Positions 44,135 through 53,583 of a stretch of 64,000 nucleotides of DNA are shown here, piece after piece. Source of the DNA: Candidatus Uhrbacteria bacterium (GTDB taxonomy: Bacteria > Patescibacteriota > Patescibacteriia > UBA9934 > GWF2-40-263); contig JAHFIQ010000001.1 of the NCBI GenBank assembly GCA_023246355.1, positions 286,247 to 350,246 of the forward strand, read 5' to 3'. Position 1 is the first letter of the stretch. The number at the start of each line of letters is the position of its first letter. Made by a program: the position numbers and the translations under genes. The notes under the pieces were generated by a model. It was not told the DNA's origin and ran no database searches. It saw only the letters and a program-made list of their open reading frames with translations.

Positions 44135-45337
44135 CTATCGGTTTAAGATAGGGCGCACATAGTCCATGTGAGCTTTCCAGTCCGCCCGCATTTTTTCGAT
44201 GAGGGCTTTGCGCTGTTCATAGGTCGTGGCACCAAGAAACGCAATTTTATTTTCAATCACTTTCTGAACAAAGGCCGCTGTGGTTTTCACATCCACACCT
44301 TCGTCGATGAATGCTTCCGCTCGCTGTTCCAAATCATAGAAACGAAACAGAATGAGATGATGGACATGTTCCTCTAGTTCATCCAAACATGCTTCGTCAT
44401 CGGCACAGGCTGTTTTTGCCGCAGGAATATTCTCAGGGAGCCACAGGACCTTTCTTGCGCATTCCACTCGGTCTTCTGCTCCCTCGATATCCCAGCATGG
44501 CTGATACTTGGCGTAGTACTTGATGCATTCCTCTTGTACATCACCTTCAAACGGTCGACAAACCTCGGGGAAGTAGCGGATTTCGATCTCGCGTTCACGG
44601 CCGGCCTGACTCAGATTCAAGCGGCATTCGATGCGGTCAATGAGCTCCCCTTCCTCACACTGCTGGTAGGAACATCTCTGTGAGGATGTGGGCTTGCTGC
44701 TTACGACGCCTGAGCAGTCGTTTGTAAGCTCGCAGTCACGGGATTGGTTTCCATCCGTATCACAGGACTCCCAGTCGCTGCACTCCCACGTATCCGAAGT
44801 GCATTCCGGAGTGCAGCTTTGAGATTCATCTGGTGATGCCGCGTCATCGAATTCACAATCGAAGGTCAGTTCACAGTCACGGGTTTGGTTGCCGGTTGCG
44901 GAGCAGGAGCTCCAATCTCCACACTCCCACACGTCATCTGTACAATTTGGTTCGCACGTTTGCGACGTGATCGGTGAGTCTGTGTCCGTCAAAGAGCAGT
45001 CATCCGTTTTTGTGCAGGATCGACTCTGTGTGCCATTAGCAAAACACGGTGACCAGCCAGAACAACTCCACGTATCTTCTGTGCACTCAGGGGTACAGCT
45101 TTCTGCGGTGACAGGTTCAGAGTCTGTGACATGGGTGCAGTCAAAGGTCAGTTCACAGGTTCGTTCGCGAGTTCCCTCAAGCGAACACTCCCCCCAATCT
45201 CCGCAATCCCATTCATCTTGGTCGCAGGTACTCACTCCACCTCCCCCACCACTGCTGCCTCCCCCACCTCCGCCAACCGCGAAGACAAAACTAGGGACGG
45301 CGAGCAAGCACAGAAGAGTAAAGATTCTGATTCGCAT
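44135..45337 (-). CDS. secreted Cys-rich protein with about 4 tandem thrombospondin-type-1-like repeats
   Basis: Signal peptide MRIRIFTLLCLLAVPSFVFA, then a Gly/Ser linker. Repeats of about 47 aa with the pattern C.PEC..D.W.C..W..C...G.Q.R.C..T.DC. The C-terminal about 160 aa are unrelated and helical. Confidence 0.6.
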   Translation of the reverse strand: MRIRIFTLLCLLAVPSFVFAVGGGGGGSSGGGGGVSTCDQDEWDCGDWGECSLEGTRERTCELTFDCTHVTDSEPVTAESCTPECTEDTWSCSGWSPCFANGTQSRSCTKTDDCSLTDTDSPITSQTCEPNCTDDVWECGDWSSCSATGNQTRDCELTFDCEFDDAASPDESQSCTPECTSDTWECSDWESCDTDGNQSRDCELTNDCSGVVSSKPTSSQRCSYQQCEEGELIDRIECRLNLSQAGREREIEIRYFPEVCRPFEGDVQEECIKYYAKYQPCWDIEGAEDRVECARKVLWLPENIPAAKTACADDEACLDELEEHVHHLILFRFYDLEQRAEAFIDEGVDVKTTAAFVQKVIENKIAFLGATTYEQRKALIEKMRADWKAHMDYVRPILNR

Positions 45338-45365
45338 ATGCCTTTAGTGTACACTACTCTCATCT

Positions 45366-46562
45366 ATGCGCACGCATCCAGCTCATCGCCATACTCTTGC
45401 TCATGGGGTCGCTCTGCCAGCCCTTGCCACCAATCGTCTCATCGATGGGATTGCCGCCAGTATGGTGGGCGTGTTCCTGCCGATTTTTTTGTACGAGTTT
45501 TTTGACTCCTCTATTGCTGTTGTTCTCCTGTGGTTTCTTGTGAACGTTCTTGTGAAGCTTCCTTTTTACGTCCTAGGAGCCAAACTATTTTCACGTATCG
45601 GCCTTACACGCAGCATGGTTGTGGGGACGCTCGGGGTCGTTGTGTTTCATCTCAGTTACTTCTTTGTGAGCCAGTCGGCTACCCAGTGGTCCATCCTGAT
45701 GGCAATCGGCATTGCTGGTTTACTTTTGAATGGCATTTTTTATTGGTCCCCGTTTCACATTGACATGGCCAATTTCACCAGTGAAAAAAAACGCGGAAGC
45801 CAGCTTGGGATTTTTTATGCCCTTGAGCGATTGATCGGAGTGATGGCGCCGCTGATCGCAGGGTATGTGATCGCGACATTTGGATACCAAGTGAATTTTT
45901 TAATCGGACTCGTTATCACAGCATGCTCACTCATTCCCCTTCTGTTTCTTCCACACTTTCAGGTGACGTATGAGTTTGGCTACGTACAAAGTTTTCGTGA
46001 ACTTTTTTCAAAACGGTTTCGCGCGATGACGTTTTCCATGATGGCGTTTGGGGCCGAGAACATGGTAGGCGTGGTGATCTGGCCGATTTTTTTGTTCACG
46101 ATGTTTGGAGGAAATTATCTTGATGTGGGATTGTTTACCACGGTTCTTGTGGTCGTTGGCCTGATTCTTGAGCTCATTGTGGGAAAGCAAACCGATCGGT
46201 TTTCTGCGACACGTCTTCTGAAAGTTGGTACAGGGATCAATGCGCTTGGTTGGGTATGGAAGGGACTCACCGACACGGTCACAGGTGTTTTTGCCGCGGC
46301 CACGTTTCATAGTTTCGGGACGATTTTTTTGCGCACTCCCATGGATGCTCTCATGTATGAACAAGCCGCCGACGCTGGCCACTACATTGATGAATACACC
46401 GTGCTGCGTGAGATGGCTCTGTCGATTGGTCGTGTTTCAATGCTCGGATTTCTTCTCTTGTTTACCCAAGTCTTTTCTCTGAGCGCAGCTTTTTTTGTAG
46501 CCGCCGGTGTTTCCTTTGCGATCAACTTTTTGACGGATTATCGAACCGCCAAGGTAGAATAA
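45366..46562 (+). CDS. MFS transporter
   Basis: 398 aa, 12 predicted TM, typical MFS loop GRLSDRxGRR-like (KQTDRFSATRLLKVG). Confidence 0.7.
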   Translation: MRTHPAHRHTLAHGVALPALATNRLIDGIAASMVGVFLPIFLYEFFDSSIAVVLLWFLVNVLVKLPFYVLGAKLFSRIGLTRSMVVGTLGVVVFHLSYFFVSQSATQWSILMAIGIAGLLLNGIFYWSPFHIDMANFTSEKKRGSQLGIFYALERLIGVMAPLIAGYVIATFGYQVNFLIGLVITACSLIPLLFLPHFQVTYEFGYVQSFRELFSKRFRAMTFSMMAFGAENMVGVVIWPIFLFTMFGGNYLDVGLFTTVLVVVGLILELIVGKQTDRFSATRLLKVGTGINALGWVWKGLTDTVTGVFAAATFHSFGTIFLRTPMDALMYEQAADAGHYIDEYTVLREMALSIGRVSMLGFLLLFTQVFSLSAAFFVAAGVSFAINFLTDYRTAKVE

Positions 46563-46597
46563 CAAAACAGACCCTGACCGGGTCCGTTTTGTTATTT

Positions 46598-47386
46598 CTA
46601 CTTCAGAGAAGCGTCGATGGCGGCGGCAATGCTGTCGTAGGGCAGAGCTCCTTTGATAGGGATCGCATTGCCATCTTTATCAATCACGAACGATCCGGGT
46701 GTCCCGCTTACGCCAGCCGCGGCTCCGGCCTGAGCCTCAGCCTCGATGAGGTCTGCATATTTTTCAGAGGTGACACAGTCGTTGAAGGTGGAGAGGTTGA
46801 GTCCAAGATCCGTGGCAATTTTCGTGTACAGATCTGTTCCCAAACTCGTTCGGTTCTCAAACAGTTGATCGGCAAATTCCCAAAATTTTCCTTGGTCTGC
46901 CGCGCATTCAGCCGCAAGAGCTGCTGGCTTGGCATTTGGATGGAAGGAGAGAGGGAAGTAGCGATAAACCCAGCGGACTTTGCCGTCATAATTTTTCATG
47001 ACCTCGAGCATGGTTGGATGGAAGCGCTCGCAGTAGGGACATTCAAAGTCGGAGTATTCAATGATGGTGACTGGGGCGTTTTCATCGCCCCTTATGTGGT
47101 CAGAGTCTGTGACCACAGGGACGCCTGTGACGGTTGTGGGCAAAGCGTCAGCAGCAGCTGCATCGGCTGTATCGTCTCCGGCATCATCATTTGAATCAGC
47201 GAGCAGGCCAGCAAAGCCGTCAGCATCTCCTCTCATGACTGCGCTGCCAAGCAAGATGAATCCTATGGTTCCGATCGAGAGAATCGCTGTCACAAATCCA
47301 AGCCAGAAGGCTTGCTTGGAAGGAATGACATCAAAAAAGTTTTTTGCGTGATGCATGGTATGTGGGTGTTGGAGTTCGGGGTCCAT
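46598..47386 (-). CDS. membrane-anchored DsbA-like thiol:disulfide oxidoreductase (thioredoxin fold, CPYC)
   Basis: ...NAPVTIIEYSDFECPYCERFHPTM...GKFWEFADQLF... is the DsbA family pattern. TM anchor AFWLGFVTAILSIGTIGFILLGSAV. Start chosen at MDPELQ (47386); alternative start MHHAKNF at 47356. The ORF track extends to 47530. Confidence 0.7.
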   Translation of the reverse strand: MDPELQHPHTMHHAKNFFDVIPSKQAFWLGFVTAILSIGTIGFILLGSAVMRGDADGFAGLLADSNDDAGDDTADAAAADALPTTVTGVPVVTDSDHIRGDENAPVTIIEYSDFECPYCERFHPTMLEVMKNYDGKVRWVYRYFPLSFHPNAKPAALAAECAADQGKFWEFADQLFENRTSLGTDLYTKIATDLGLNLSTFNDCVTSEKYADLIEAEAQAGAAAGVSGTPGSFVIDKDGNAIPIKGALPYDSIAAAIDASLK

Positions 47387-47393
47387 AAAAAAA

Positions 47394-47423
47394 GGTTTTA
47401 GGTTGTAGGGAGTAGGTGGTAGG
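47394..47423 (-). repeat. 30-nt leader motif, copy 2 (29/30 identical to 22481-22510), 7 nt upstream of the DsbA-like start
   Basis: Plus strand GGTTTTAGGTTGTAGGGAGTAGGTGGTAGG. Confidence 0.6.
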
Positions 47424-47442
47424 AATGCACCGGAATGAAAAA

Positions 47443-47817
47443 TTACCATCCGTGGGTTGCAAACAAATAAGGCAAGAAGTTTTTGTAAAATAGATTTCGT
47501 TCTCGTTGAACTTCTTGAGCGCGAATCCACAAACGCTTCGCCCTATCGACTTTGATTGGCAAGAGGCGTCGTATGAGTACCCATCCCAACACGATCGTGG
47601 CAAAGATCAGTTTTTCATTCAGAATACCTGGATGGTCTTCGTTCATGATCCAGAGTGTTTGGGGGTTCAGGGCCTCGGCTGTGCAAGCATTGCCGACAAA
47701 TTTTGACTCGGCTGCGCGTGCATTGCAGTGCGTTTGTCCTGAAACCACAAAGGCACACAGCATGAGCGTGACAATGGTGAGACCCGCGAAGATTTTTTTT
47801 ATGAGAAGGACCTCCAT
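47443..47817 (-). CDS. hypothetical small membrane protein
   Basis: 124 aa, two hydrophobic segments, divergent from xerC-like gene. Weak support. Confidence 0.3.
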   Translation of the reverse strand: MEVLLIKKIFAGLTIVTLMLCAFVVSGQTHCNARAAESKFVGNACTAEALNPQTLWIMNEDHPGILNEKLIFATIVLGWVLIRRLLPIKVDRAKRLWIRAQEVQRERNLFYKNFLPYLFATHGW

Positions 47818-47838
47818 AACGGTCTGTATCCTAGCACA

Positions 47839-48798
47839 ATGTTATACTCTCTGTGTATGGGGAAATCTTTGAACGCATCTATCGCAGATTTTTTGGAATA
47901 TCTTGAAGTTGAACGAGGGAGGTCGCAGCTGACCATTCGCAACTATGATTTTTATTTGAAGCGGTTTGCTCAGTGGGCCAGGCAACCAGATCCCGGCAAG
48001 ATCACGGACGAGATGGTTCGCAAGTACCGGCTGTGGCTGAATCGGTTGGAGGAGGGACGCAGTGCAGATTCTGGTCACCAAAAATCTCCCTTGAAAAAAA
48101 GTACACAGAATTATCATCTGATTGCTTTGCGATCTTTTTTGAAATATCTCTCCCGCATCGATGTGCTCTCGCTTTCTCCGGAAAAAATTGAACTCGCTAA
48201 GCAAGACATGCGGCAGGTGGAGTTTTTGGAGGCCGAAGAGTTGGATCGGTTGCTTGCAGGCCCACAAAAAAAAGAGGATCTGCTTGCACTGCGAGACAAA
48301 GCCATTCTTGAGCTCCTGTTTTCGACAGGACTGCGTGTGAGCGAGCTTACGCATCTCAAAATCGACAACATCAATTTGAAACGTGACGAGTTTACGGTTC
48401 GAGGGAAAGGGGGAAAGCTGCGTGCGGTGTTTTTGTCGTCGACCTCCAAAGATGCCCTGAAGCTTTATCTTGCCGCACGCCGTGATGCTTCCCCATTTTT
48501 ATTTGTCTCCCATGACAGAGCGCACACAAACAAAGGCGGACTTACTCCGAGATCCGTGCAAAGAATCGTCGAGCGCTATGCAAAAGAAGCTGGTATTACC
48601 AAGCACATCACCCCGCATTCCCTGCGCCATACGTTTGCCACGGACTTGCTGCTCTCGGGAGCTGATATCCGATCCGTGCAGTCCTTGCTTGGTCATGCCT
48701 CGATTACGACGACGCAGATTTACACGCATGTGACCAACAATCAAATGAAAGAAGTGCACAAAAAATTTCACGGCAAGTCTCGCCATCGATTGACATAA
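47839..48798 (+). CDS. tyrosine site-specific recombinase, XerC/XerD-like
   Basis: 319 aa. N-terminal SAM-like core-binding domain. Catalytic motifs ...RVSEL..., HSLRHTFATDLL, and LLGHASITTTQIYTHV (RHRY with the Tyr nucleophile). Confidence 0.85.
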   Translation: MLYSLCMGKSLNASIADFLEYLEVERGRSQLTIRNYDFYLKRFAQWARQPDPGKITDEMVRKYRLWLNRLEEGRSADSGHQKSPLKKSTQNYHLIALRSFLKYLSRIDVLSLSPEKIELAKQDMRQVEFLEAEELDRLLAGPQKKEDLLALRDKAILELLFSTGLRVSELTHLKIDNINLKRDEFTVRGKGGKLRAVFLSSTSKDALKLYLAARRDASPFLFVSHDRAHTNKGGLTPRSVQRIVERYAKEAGITKHITPHSLRHTFATDLLLSGADIRSVQSLLGHASITTTQIYTHVTNNQMKEVHKKFHGKSRHRLT

Positions 48799-48843
48799 CG
48801 TCAGCCTTGAGCTATCTTGACCGCGCCCTTTGTGGAGGTTTCC

Positions 48844-49530
48844 GTGTCAGCTGCATCTACTGCTCGTGTCGATCCCATCCATCGCGATGACGTGTTCGTG
48901 TCCAGACTCGCTCCGGGTGTCGCGTCTGTCCCTTCGTCCCTCGTGGACCTGTTCCTTGCGCACCGGCGCGGAAAGCCATGGAATGAAACCGCAGCTTGCA
49001 CCAGCTGCAAGCGCAAGGTCATCACGACCAGGGCGGCAGAAGCGCTGGGCAGGTGCGGCCATTGCCGCTCGGGGAACATCGTCCAGATCTGGGATCAACC
49101 CAGGGCGCAGGCTGTGCTCGTCCAGAGCATGAGGGAGACAGATGGCAGTGGCCTCACGGTCGCTTGGGGGCATGTTGAGTCGCCACAGCCGGTTCTGATC
49201 GGGTTCGTTCAGATGTCCATGATCGCATTCAAGGACATCAGCGGATACCTTGGGCACGATGTCCTCGCCGAGGTCGTAACGCTCATGGGGCGTCATGACT
49301 TCTACGCGATCATCGACAACCTGGTGGTCGCAGATCCGCAGCATGACGATGTGACAGCGCTCAAGCTCCTGGACGCGGCGATGAGGCAGGTCGCCACGAA
49401 GGACGCGCTCACTCCCTTGGTGACGCTCGTGGAGAGTAGTTCGCTCTACGAAGCCGTTCTTGCCCAGCGTAGATTCCGTCTATGCAAGAGGCTTCCCGAT
49501 CGGGTGCTTCTCATGGGTGGGCTCACCTAG
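48844..49530 (+). CDS. hypothetical GC-rich protein with CxxC...CxxC zinc ribbon
   Basis: GGAGG lies 6 nt before the GTG at 48844. CTSCKRK...CGHCRSG. Strong GC3 bias unlike the core genes. Confidence 0.45.
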   Translation: MSAASTARVDPIHRDDVFVSRLAPGVASVPSSLVDLFLAHRRGKPWNETAACTSCKRKVITTRAAEALGRCGHCRSGNIVQIWDQPRAQAVLVQSMRETDGSGLTVAWGHVESPQPVLIGFVQMSMIAFKDISGYLGHDVLAEVVTLMGRHDFYAIIDNLVVADPQHDDVTALKLLDAAMRQVATKDALTPLVTLVESSSLYEAVLAQRRFRLCKRLPDRVLLMGGLT

Positions 49531-49555
49531 GAAACAGTCCTACACGCATTTGACG

Positions 49556-49584
49556 AGTGGCTCGCCCAGCCACTTTTTCTTTTG
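49556..49584 (+). terminator. rho-independent terminator (AGTGGCT-cgccc-AGCCACT + TTTTTCTTTTG)
   Basis: 7 bp stem plus T-tract 25 nt after the stop of the previous gene. Confidence 0.6.
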
Positions 49585-49610
49585 CCGTCATTTCGTTATG
49601 ATGACGCAAC

Positions 49611-49685
49611 GCCCCTGTAGTTCAATGGATAGAACATCGGACTTCTAAGCCGGGTATGTTGGTTCGATTCCAACCGGGGGCACCA
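49611..49685 (+). tRNA. tRNA-Arg (TCT), CCA encoded
   Basis: GCCCCTG TA GTTC AATGGATA GAAC A TCGGA CTTCTAA GCCGG GTAT GTTGG TTCGATT CCAAC CGGGGGC A CCA. The anticodon loop CUUCUAA gives UCU. Confidence 0.8.
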
Positions 49686-49695
49686 GAGAAAAATT

Positions 49696-50271
49696 ATGAA
49701 ACGCATTTTTATTGTCCATGGTTGGGATGGGTATCCAGAAGAAGGCTGGTTCCCGTGGTTGAAGCGAGAGCTCGAAGCTCGTGGGTTTGAGGTGCATGTC
49801 CCTCAGTTACCAGATGCAGGGAGTCCGAGAATAAAAAATTGGGTGCCAGCATTGGCACAGGCAGTTGGCGCGCCAGACGAAGAAACATTTTTTGTAGGGC
49901 ACTCGATGGGTTGCCAGACCATTGCACGGTATCTCGCCTCGCTCCCGCCTGAGATCAAAGTTGGTGGTGCTGTGTTCGTCGCAGGATTTTTCAAGCGACT
50001 CACTAACATGGAAGATGACGAAGTGCGCGAGATCGCAAACGAATGGCTCACCACGCCACTCAACCTTGGCAACGTTTTTTCTCACCTGCGAAAAAGTGTC
50101 GCCATTTTTTCCGATGACGATCCATATGTGCCGATGGAAAATCAAGATGACTTTTGCGAAAAGCTGCATTCAAAAATTATCATTGAGCACGGCATGGGGC
50201 ATTTCAGCGGAAGCACAGGCACTTTTGAGCTGCCCGTAGCACTTGAGGCGGTGCTTCAGATATCCGGGTAA
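49696..50271 (+). CDS. alpha/beta hydrolase, YdeN/RBBP9-like serine hydrolase
   Basis: 191 aa, IFIVHGWDGYPEEGWFPWLK...FFVGHSMGCQTIARY (nucleophile elbow GHSMG) ...DDDPYVP...GHF. Confidence 0.7.
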   Translation: MKRIFIVHGWDGYPEEGWFPWLKRELEARGFEVHVPQLPDAGSPRIKNWVPALAQAVGAPDEETFFVGHSMGCQTIARYLASLPPEIKVGGAVFVAGFFKRLTNMEDDEVREIANEWLTTPLNLGNVFSHLRKSVAIFSDDDPYVPMENQDDFCEKLHSKIIIEHGMGHFSGSTGTFELPVALEAVLQISG

Positions 50272-50303
50272 CAGAAAACCGAGCATGGGGCTCGGTGCGT
50301 TGG

Positions 50304-50876
50304 TCATTCGGTTGGCGGGAGGTGCTGCTCGTGCATGATCACGCCGCCGAAGAAGCGGTGCAAAAAGAGGGCTTCCTTCTGATCAGGACGACTGATCGCT
50401 TCATGCCCCCAGAAGTGGGTGATGTCGCCACTCCAGTCGCACCCGTAACGCCAGCCGAATTCTTCGTACTGGTGTGGTCCACGTGGTTGAAATGTGGTGC
50501 CTTTTTCACCAGTCGCCAATGCTGACCTGAGGAATTGGTAGCAGTCGCGAGCGAGTTTTGGGTAACGATGGTTCGCGGTCATGCCACCGGCATAGGACTG
50601 CATCCACACAGGTGAGTCGTTGTACCAGACAACCTCCTGTCCTGCCGATGCGAGGAAGCCGGTGTACGAATCCCGATACAGCCATCGCCCTTCGCGGTAG
50701 ACCAGTTCCTTGAAACCCGGCTTGCGTTGGGTATCCTGGGGAGGAACCGCTAGACCGTTGCCTGCGTAGGTTTCGATCATTGCTCGGCCCAGAAAGGCGT
50801 TGAGCTCACCGAGCCAGTCTGCATCGAAATGCGATTTCCATGTGAGTGTGTCCATGACTCTCTCCTGTCGATTCAT
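50304..50876 (-). CDS. hypothetical protein
   Basis: 190 aa, Trp/Tyr-rich. No family recognised. Confidence 0.45.
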   Translation of the reverse strand: MNRQERVMDTLTWKSHFDADWLGELNAFLGRAMIETYAGNGLAVPPQDTQRKPGFKELVYREGRWLYRDSYTGFLASAGQEVVWYNDSPVWMQSYAGGMTANHRYPKLARDCYQFLRSALATGEKGTTFQPRGPHQYEEFGWRYGCDWSGDITHFWGHEAISRPDQKEALFLHRFFGGVIMHEQHLPPTE

Positions 50877-50940
50877 GTCTACCTTGTCGGGGCTTGATCG
50901 TCAAGACAAATCAGGCTACACTGCCCGCGCAAAGATTTAT

Positions 50941-51016
50941 GGCGGCTATAGCATAATGGTTAGTGCACTTGGTTGTGGTCCAAGCTATGAGGGTTCGATT
51001 CCCTCTAGCCGCCCCA
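50941..51016 (+). tRNA. tRNA-His (GTG) with encoded G-1 and CCA
   Basis: G(-1) GCGGCTA TA GCAT AATGGTTA GTGC A CTTGG TTGTGGT CCAAG CTAT GAGGG TTCGATT CCCTC TAGCCGC C CCA. G-1 opposite C73 is the bacterial His identity element. Confidence 0.85.
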
Positions 51017-51022
51017 CAAAAA

Positions 51023-51051
51023 ATCCTTCAGCTTCGGCTGAGGGATTTTTT
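51023..51051. terminator. bidirectional terminator (ATCCTTCAGC-ttcg-GCTGAGGGAT flanked by A6/T6)
   Basis: 10 bp stem with one mismatch. T-tract on plus after tRNA-His, and on minus after the 51093-52370 gene. Confidence 0.65.
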
Positions 51052-51092
51052 GTGGAAAAAGAAAACTCGCCGCGAGCGACGAGTTGCGTGCG

Positions 51093-52370
51093 TCAGAGTT
51101 GATTGATCCACCAGACTTCCAACAGTTCCTTGAAGTGCGGGGATTCCCAGTCCACACCAAAGCCCGGCAGGCGCATGGTGGGAATTTCGTCGTAGGGCCC
51201 ACGACGATATGGGAACCACAGAGGCGCGAGGTACTGGCGGATTTGATCAGCACGATAGAGATCGTGGTTGAGACCGTCTTGTGCCACGTAGGTATCAAGG
51301 TGATCGGTGATGGTCGTCACCAACTGTTCGGCAGAACCCGCGATGGTGCGGCCATTGTCTTCACGATGGAGGTGACCGAGTGTTTTCAGGTCCCAGTAGG
51401 TCTTGTGTCGATGCGGATTTGGAAGGGCGCCATCGTTACTGACAACCAGTGGGTCAAGCCACAGTGTCCGATGGGTGTGTTCGTGGAAGGCTTGCGCATC
51501 CTCACGTCCAGCGAGGTGCAGCCCGTTGCCAGGTTTGTGCACAGCGGTCACAACGTATTTCCACCCTCGTCTATCCCCTGTTGGCCGCTGCCGTTCGAGT
51601 TTCAGAAGTGTAGAGAGCAGTCGCTTGCGACGGTTCACTACGTATACGATGTAGGACTCGGCATTGACCATCGCGACCCGGCAAGGCAGCAGTTCTTCTT
51701 TTACAGAGATGGCTTTCTTACGCCGTTCCTTGGCTGCCTTTTTGGCCTGCCTGTGTGTCTTGAAAAGCTCCAGGGTTTTACTTCTCATGGCGAGTGCAGG
51801 GTTCAGTTCTGCCACCAACCACAGGTCCATGGACTCGTCAGGTACGAACAGGCGTACCCACGTGAGTTGATCGATGACGGAAAGATCTTTGGCCACGTCT
51901 GCTTCTTCATCCACTGTTTCGATCGCGAACAGTTGCAGGGCGATGCCTAGCTGACGTTGTGCCTCGAAATGGCGGCGACGATCCAGGGAAGACGCGTTTG
52001 TCGCAGGGTCCGCTGTTGCCATCTTGAGCATCTGGACGGGATCCAGACAGTTGGCAACAGCGTTGGTGGACGGAAGTCGCTCGGCAAACGGACGTAGGTA
52101 CGTGGCGATGACATGCTCGACCATGTCCATGGCGCTTCTCAAGTACTCGGTCATCCGTCGGTAGAACTCCCGCGCGCCAGAGGCGGTTGCAATGCCCAGC
52201 GCATTGCGATGGGTTTCCACGTAGGCGAAGTAGAGTGCGTCACGTTCTGGGTATCCCTTTGAAGAAAATCGTTGAAACGCACGACCCATTTCGTGGATGC
52301 GTTGGAATTGAACGGGCAGACTTCGGAAAACAAGCGCTTCGTCTGGGTAAAAGATCTGCTGGCCCGGCAT
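51093..52370 (-). CDS. hypothetical protein (GC-rich)
   Basis: 425 aa. No confident family. Confidence 0.45.
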   Translation of the reverse strand: MPGQQIFYPDEALVFRSLPVQFQRIHEMGRAFQRFSSKGYPERDALYFAYVETHRNALGIATASGAREFYRRMTEYLRSAMDMVEHVIATYLRPFAERLPSTNAVANCLDPVQMLKMATADPATNASSLDRRRHFEAQRQLGIALQLFAIETVDEEADVAKDLSVIDQLTWVRLFVPDESMDLWLVAELNPALAMRSKTLELFKTHRQAKKAAKERRKKAISVKEELLPCRVAMVNAESYIVYVVNRRKRLLSTLLKLERQRPTGDRRGWKYVVTAVHKPGNGLHLAGREDAQAFHEHTHRTLWLDPLVVSNDGALPNPHRHKTYWDLKTLGHLHREDNGRTIAGSAEQLVTTITDHLDTYVAQDGLNHDLYRADQIRQYLAPLWFPYRRGPYDEIPTMRLPGFGVDWESPHFKELLEVWWINQL

Positions 52371-52462
52371 GAGGTTCTCTCCGTCACAGATCTAATCAGA
52401 GCCTGATGTTTTGGTCAATTTTGGCTGAATTTAGCTGTGATTAGTTATCCACTGCCAATTTC

Positions 52463-52491
52463 TTGACAGGAATATGGCGCCGGGTTAGTAT
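52463..52491 (+). promoter_or_regulatory. near-consensus sigma70 promoter (TTGACA-17-TAGTAT) driving the high-GC secreted-protein gene
   Basis: ttgaca at 52463-52468, 17 nt spacer, tagtat at 52486-52491. A DnaA-box-like TTATCCACT sits at 52445-52453 just upstream. Confidence 0.5.
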
Positions 52492-52579
52492 TGCGCCCGT
52501 TCGCTTCTCCCGAGGATTCTCCAACGGCGGCAACACCGTGCTGGCGCGGTTTCACCAGTGGTTCTGTCCGAGGTACTCC

Positions 52580-53458
52580 ATGCGTTCCCTGACCCTTCTT
52601 CTCGCCGTTTCCGGCTTCCTCGACCCCAAGTCCGAGGATTCCAAGAACATCACCCAGGTCACCCCCGACACCACGACGCGCTTCGCCTTCAGGAAGTCCG
52701 ACTACGACACGGTCACGATCTCCAACGAGTCCGGCCCCAAGAACGACGGCCTGCTCGAAGTGATCGACGCGATCGCCCTCTCCGCCGACGAGATCGACGT
52801 CTCCGGCTACGACCGCGCGCTCATCGTGCGCGTGCAGTCCACCCGCGGCCTGGACAGCTTCGCGGCCCAGAAGATGGGCGAGGCGATCGAGGCGTACATG
52901 GATCGCAACGGCTGCAGCGAGTTCGCGACCGCGGCGATCGGCGACCTGGACTTCGGGCAGGAGCTCCACGGGAAGTGGAACACGCTCATCATGCTGCGCG
53001 ACGACGAGGGCAACTGGACCTTCAAGAACCGGCGGTTCACGAGCATCCAGAAGTCGACCGGCGACGAGTACGCGGTCCTGCTGGACGGCAAGATGGCCAA
53101 GACGCCCGGCGTCACGCTCATCTCGACCCTGCTCGACGACACGAAGTTCCAGGCGCTGCTGGACGGCGGCTACAAGCTCGACACCAGGAAGGCACATCTC
53201 GTCCGCGCCCCGATCAACAAGGACGGCGCCTACGCGGTGGTCTCCGACGGCACGCAGGTCGTCTACGACGACAACAAGAACGTCATCGCCTCGGGCAAGA
53301 CCGGCTTCACCGTGATGCCCGCGATCGACGCCGACGGACAGTACGTCGACAACAAGGTGACCACGGTCTCCGGCAGCGGCGACAAGTGGGACATCCGCCG
53401 CGGCATCTCCGCGGACAAGTCCGACAAGCTCGCCCCGGCCTACGGCGCCTCGGCCTAG
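52580..53458 (+). CDS. secreted hypothetical protein, very high GC (about 65%), likely horizontally acquired
   Basis: MRSLTLLLAVSGFLDP signal peptide, 292 aa, GC3 near-saturated (codons like GAC/ACC/GGC/CTC throughout). The overlapping ORFs 52558-53733 (+) and 52445-53197 (-) are Arg-rich alternative-frame artefacts. GAGG lies 7 nt upstream of the ATG. Confidence 0.6.
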   Translation: MRSLTLLLAVSGFLDPKSEDSKNITQVTPDTTTRFAFRKSDYDTVTISNESGPKNDGLLEVIDAIALSADEIDVSGYDRALIVRVQSTRGLDSFAAQKMGEAIEAYMDRNGCSEFATAAIGDLDFGQELHGKWNTLIMLRDDEGNWTFKNRRFTSIQKSTGDEYAVLLDGKMAKTPGVTLISTLLDDTKFQALLDGGYKLDTRKAHLVRAPINKDGAYAVVSDGTQVVYDDNKNVIASGKTGFTVMPAIDADGQYVDNKVTTVSGSGDKWDIRRGISADKSDKLAPAYGASA

Positions 53459-53529
53459 TCGACTCCCCCTCGGCTAGAGCCGATCCTGAGGGGACTACGT
53501 ACAGGCCTCTCCCCGCGTTCGATTCGAAA

Positions 53530-53583
53530 GAGTCAACGCGGGTTTTCTATTTGAAAAGCCTCACTGTTGAAGTGAGGCCGTTC
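53530..53583 (-). terminator. hairpin GCCTCAC-TGTTGAA-GTGAGGC with T-run on minus strand (terminator of DUF3307 gene)
   Basis: Perfect 7 bp stem at about 53551-53571. On the minus strand it is followed by TTTTCAAAT. Confidence 0.45.
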
